DNA from: Minisyncoccota bacterium
GTDB taxonomy: Bacteria; Patescibacteriota; Minisyncoccia; Phycocordibacterales; JBAYGS01
NCBI GenBank assembly: GCA_041666545.1
Contig: JBAYGS010000001.1
Location: forward strand, 21,805 to 85,804
DNA: 64,000 nucleotides
Reading direction: 5' to 3'
Both the position numbers and the translations under genes were made by a program. Below, piece by piece: positions 63,477-64,000 of this stretch; position 1 is the stretch's first letter, and every line of letters starts with the position of its first letter. The notes below the pieces were generated by a model, which saw only the letters and a list, made by a program, of their open reading frames with translations, was not told the DNA's origin and made no database searches.

Positions 63477-64000
63477 ATGTTTAGAGAAACTGATTTAGGT
63501 GGGTCAAAAACCACGGCTCCGGAAAATTCGGAAAATCCGGGGGATGTCAGTGCGGAGACCAGCTCCATCACTTTGGGTGAAATGATGCGAGATCCCAGCT
63601 CGGCCAAGGCTTTGCAGGAGGCGATGGTGCAATATTTGCAGATTCATCCGGATGCCAAGGAGGTGGTTATTACTATGGCTGAGAGAATTCGCAAAACTCG
63701 GGAACTGGAGACTGATTATTTGCGAAAGCCGGCCCAGAAGCCGCAGAAAAGTGAAAATCTGCCGGAAGGAGAGAAGCTCAGTCCGGAGGATCTGGAAGTG
63801 GCGATCGGTGAGGTTATGAATTTTGATAATCTGTATAGTTTGATCAGGAGGCAAGGTGGTATCACGAGTACTGACGGTAAGCATTTTATACCTGATGAGA
63901 AGTTGATTGGGCAGGCGGAGTTGTATCGGAAACTTAAAGCTATAACTCCCCAGGCACTTAAAAAACTGACTCGGGCCTGTGGCTTCCGCGACCGAGTGGT
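63477..64000 (+). CDS. hypothetical protein, 3'-truncated by the window edge
   Basis: ATG at 63477 follows AAAGG. The frame stays open to position 64000 (MFRETDLGGSKTTAPENSENPGDV...). It is absent from the ORF track because no stop falls in the window. Confidence 0.5.
   Translation, partial: MFRETDLGGSKTTAPENSENPGDVSAETSSITLGEMMRDPSSAKALQEAMVQYLQIHPDAKEVVITMAERIRKTRELETDYLRKPAQKPQKSENLPEGEKLSPEDLEVAIGEVMNFDNLYSLIRRQGGITSTDGKHFIPDEKLIGQAELYRKLKAITPQALKKLTRACGFRDRV

Noticed and set aside
1-64000. CRISPR arrays, cas genes, integrases or transposases
   Set aside because: No regularly spaced direct repeats with unique spacers and no recombinase or transposase signatures were seen. The tandem repeats present are short simple-sequence units without spacers.

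Overview
This 64-kb window looks like a small-genome bacterium, plausibly a Patescibacteria/CPR-like organism. That is an inference from gene content and organisation, GC near 50 percent, many lineage-specific ORFs and a recurrent AAAGAAAGG-type Shine-Dalgarno motif. Recognisable core content: an ECF sigma/anti-sigma pair, a MacAB-like efflux module (HlyD-family adaptor, ABC ATPase, FtsX-type permease), a ribosomal/RNAP block (infA-rpmJ-rpsM-rpsK-rpsD-rpoA-rplQ, then rplM-rpsI), chaperones grpE-dnaK-dnaJ, two paralogous Clp-N-domain proteins and a dcw fragment (mraZ-rsmH-ftsL-ftsI-murF). It also carries cobU-cobC-cobS, an RpoD-like sigma factor, uvrA, a short uvrC, ddl, pyrD, a GNAT, a type IV pilin-like protein and four tRNAs (Glu-CTC and three Ala isoacceptors), plus a duplicated tRNA-Glu 5' half. 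The outstanding region is 9.0-22.0 kb, a run of large, individually promoted and terminated, lineage-specific genes. It contains a clear major vault protein (MVP) homolog (about 830 aa) and a divergent PurA (adenylosuccinate synthetase) paralog with altered catalytic motifs. It also contains a protein-kinase-like protein, a 645-aa protein with a C-terminal minimal nucleotidyltransferase domain, an alpha-helical 488-aa protein and a secreted cysteine-rich tandem-repeat protein. About 1 kb upstream lies a roughly 250-nt promoter-to-terminator ncRNA candidate. Together these are a candidate bacterial vault-like system with accessory factors. Other oddities: short intergenic tandem spacer repeats (GGATTCA, GGAATTA, AAGTTT, GTAGTGGGTAGT), one copy in-frame inside uvrC; a synonymously recoded duplicate of the rpsI 3' end; an RNase III homolog with degenerate catalytic motifs; and several ORF-free structured regions that may encode ncRNAs. 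No CRISPR array was seen.
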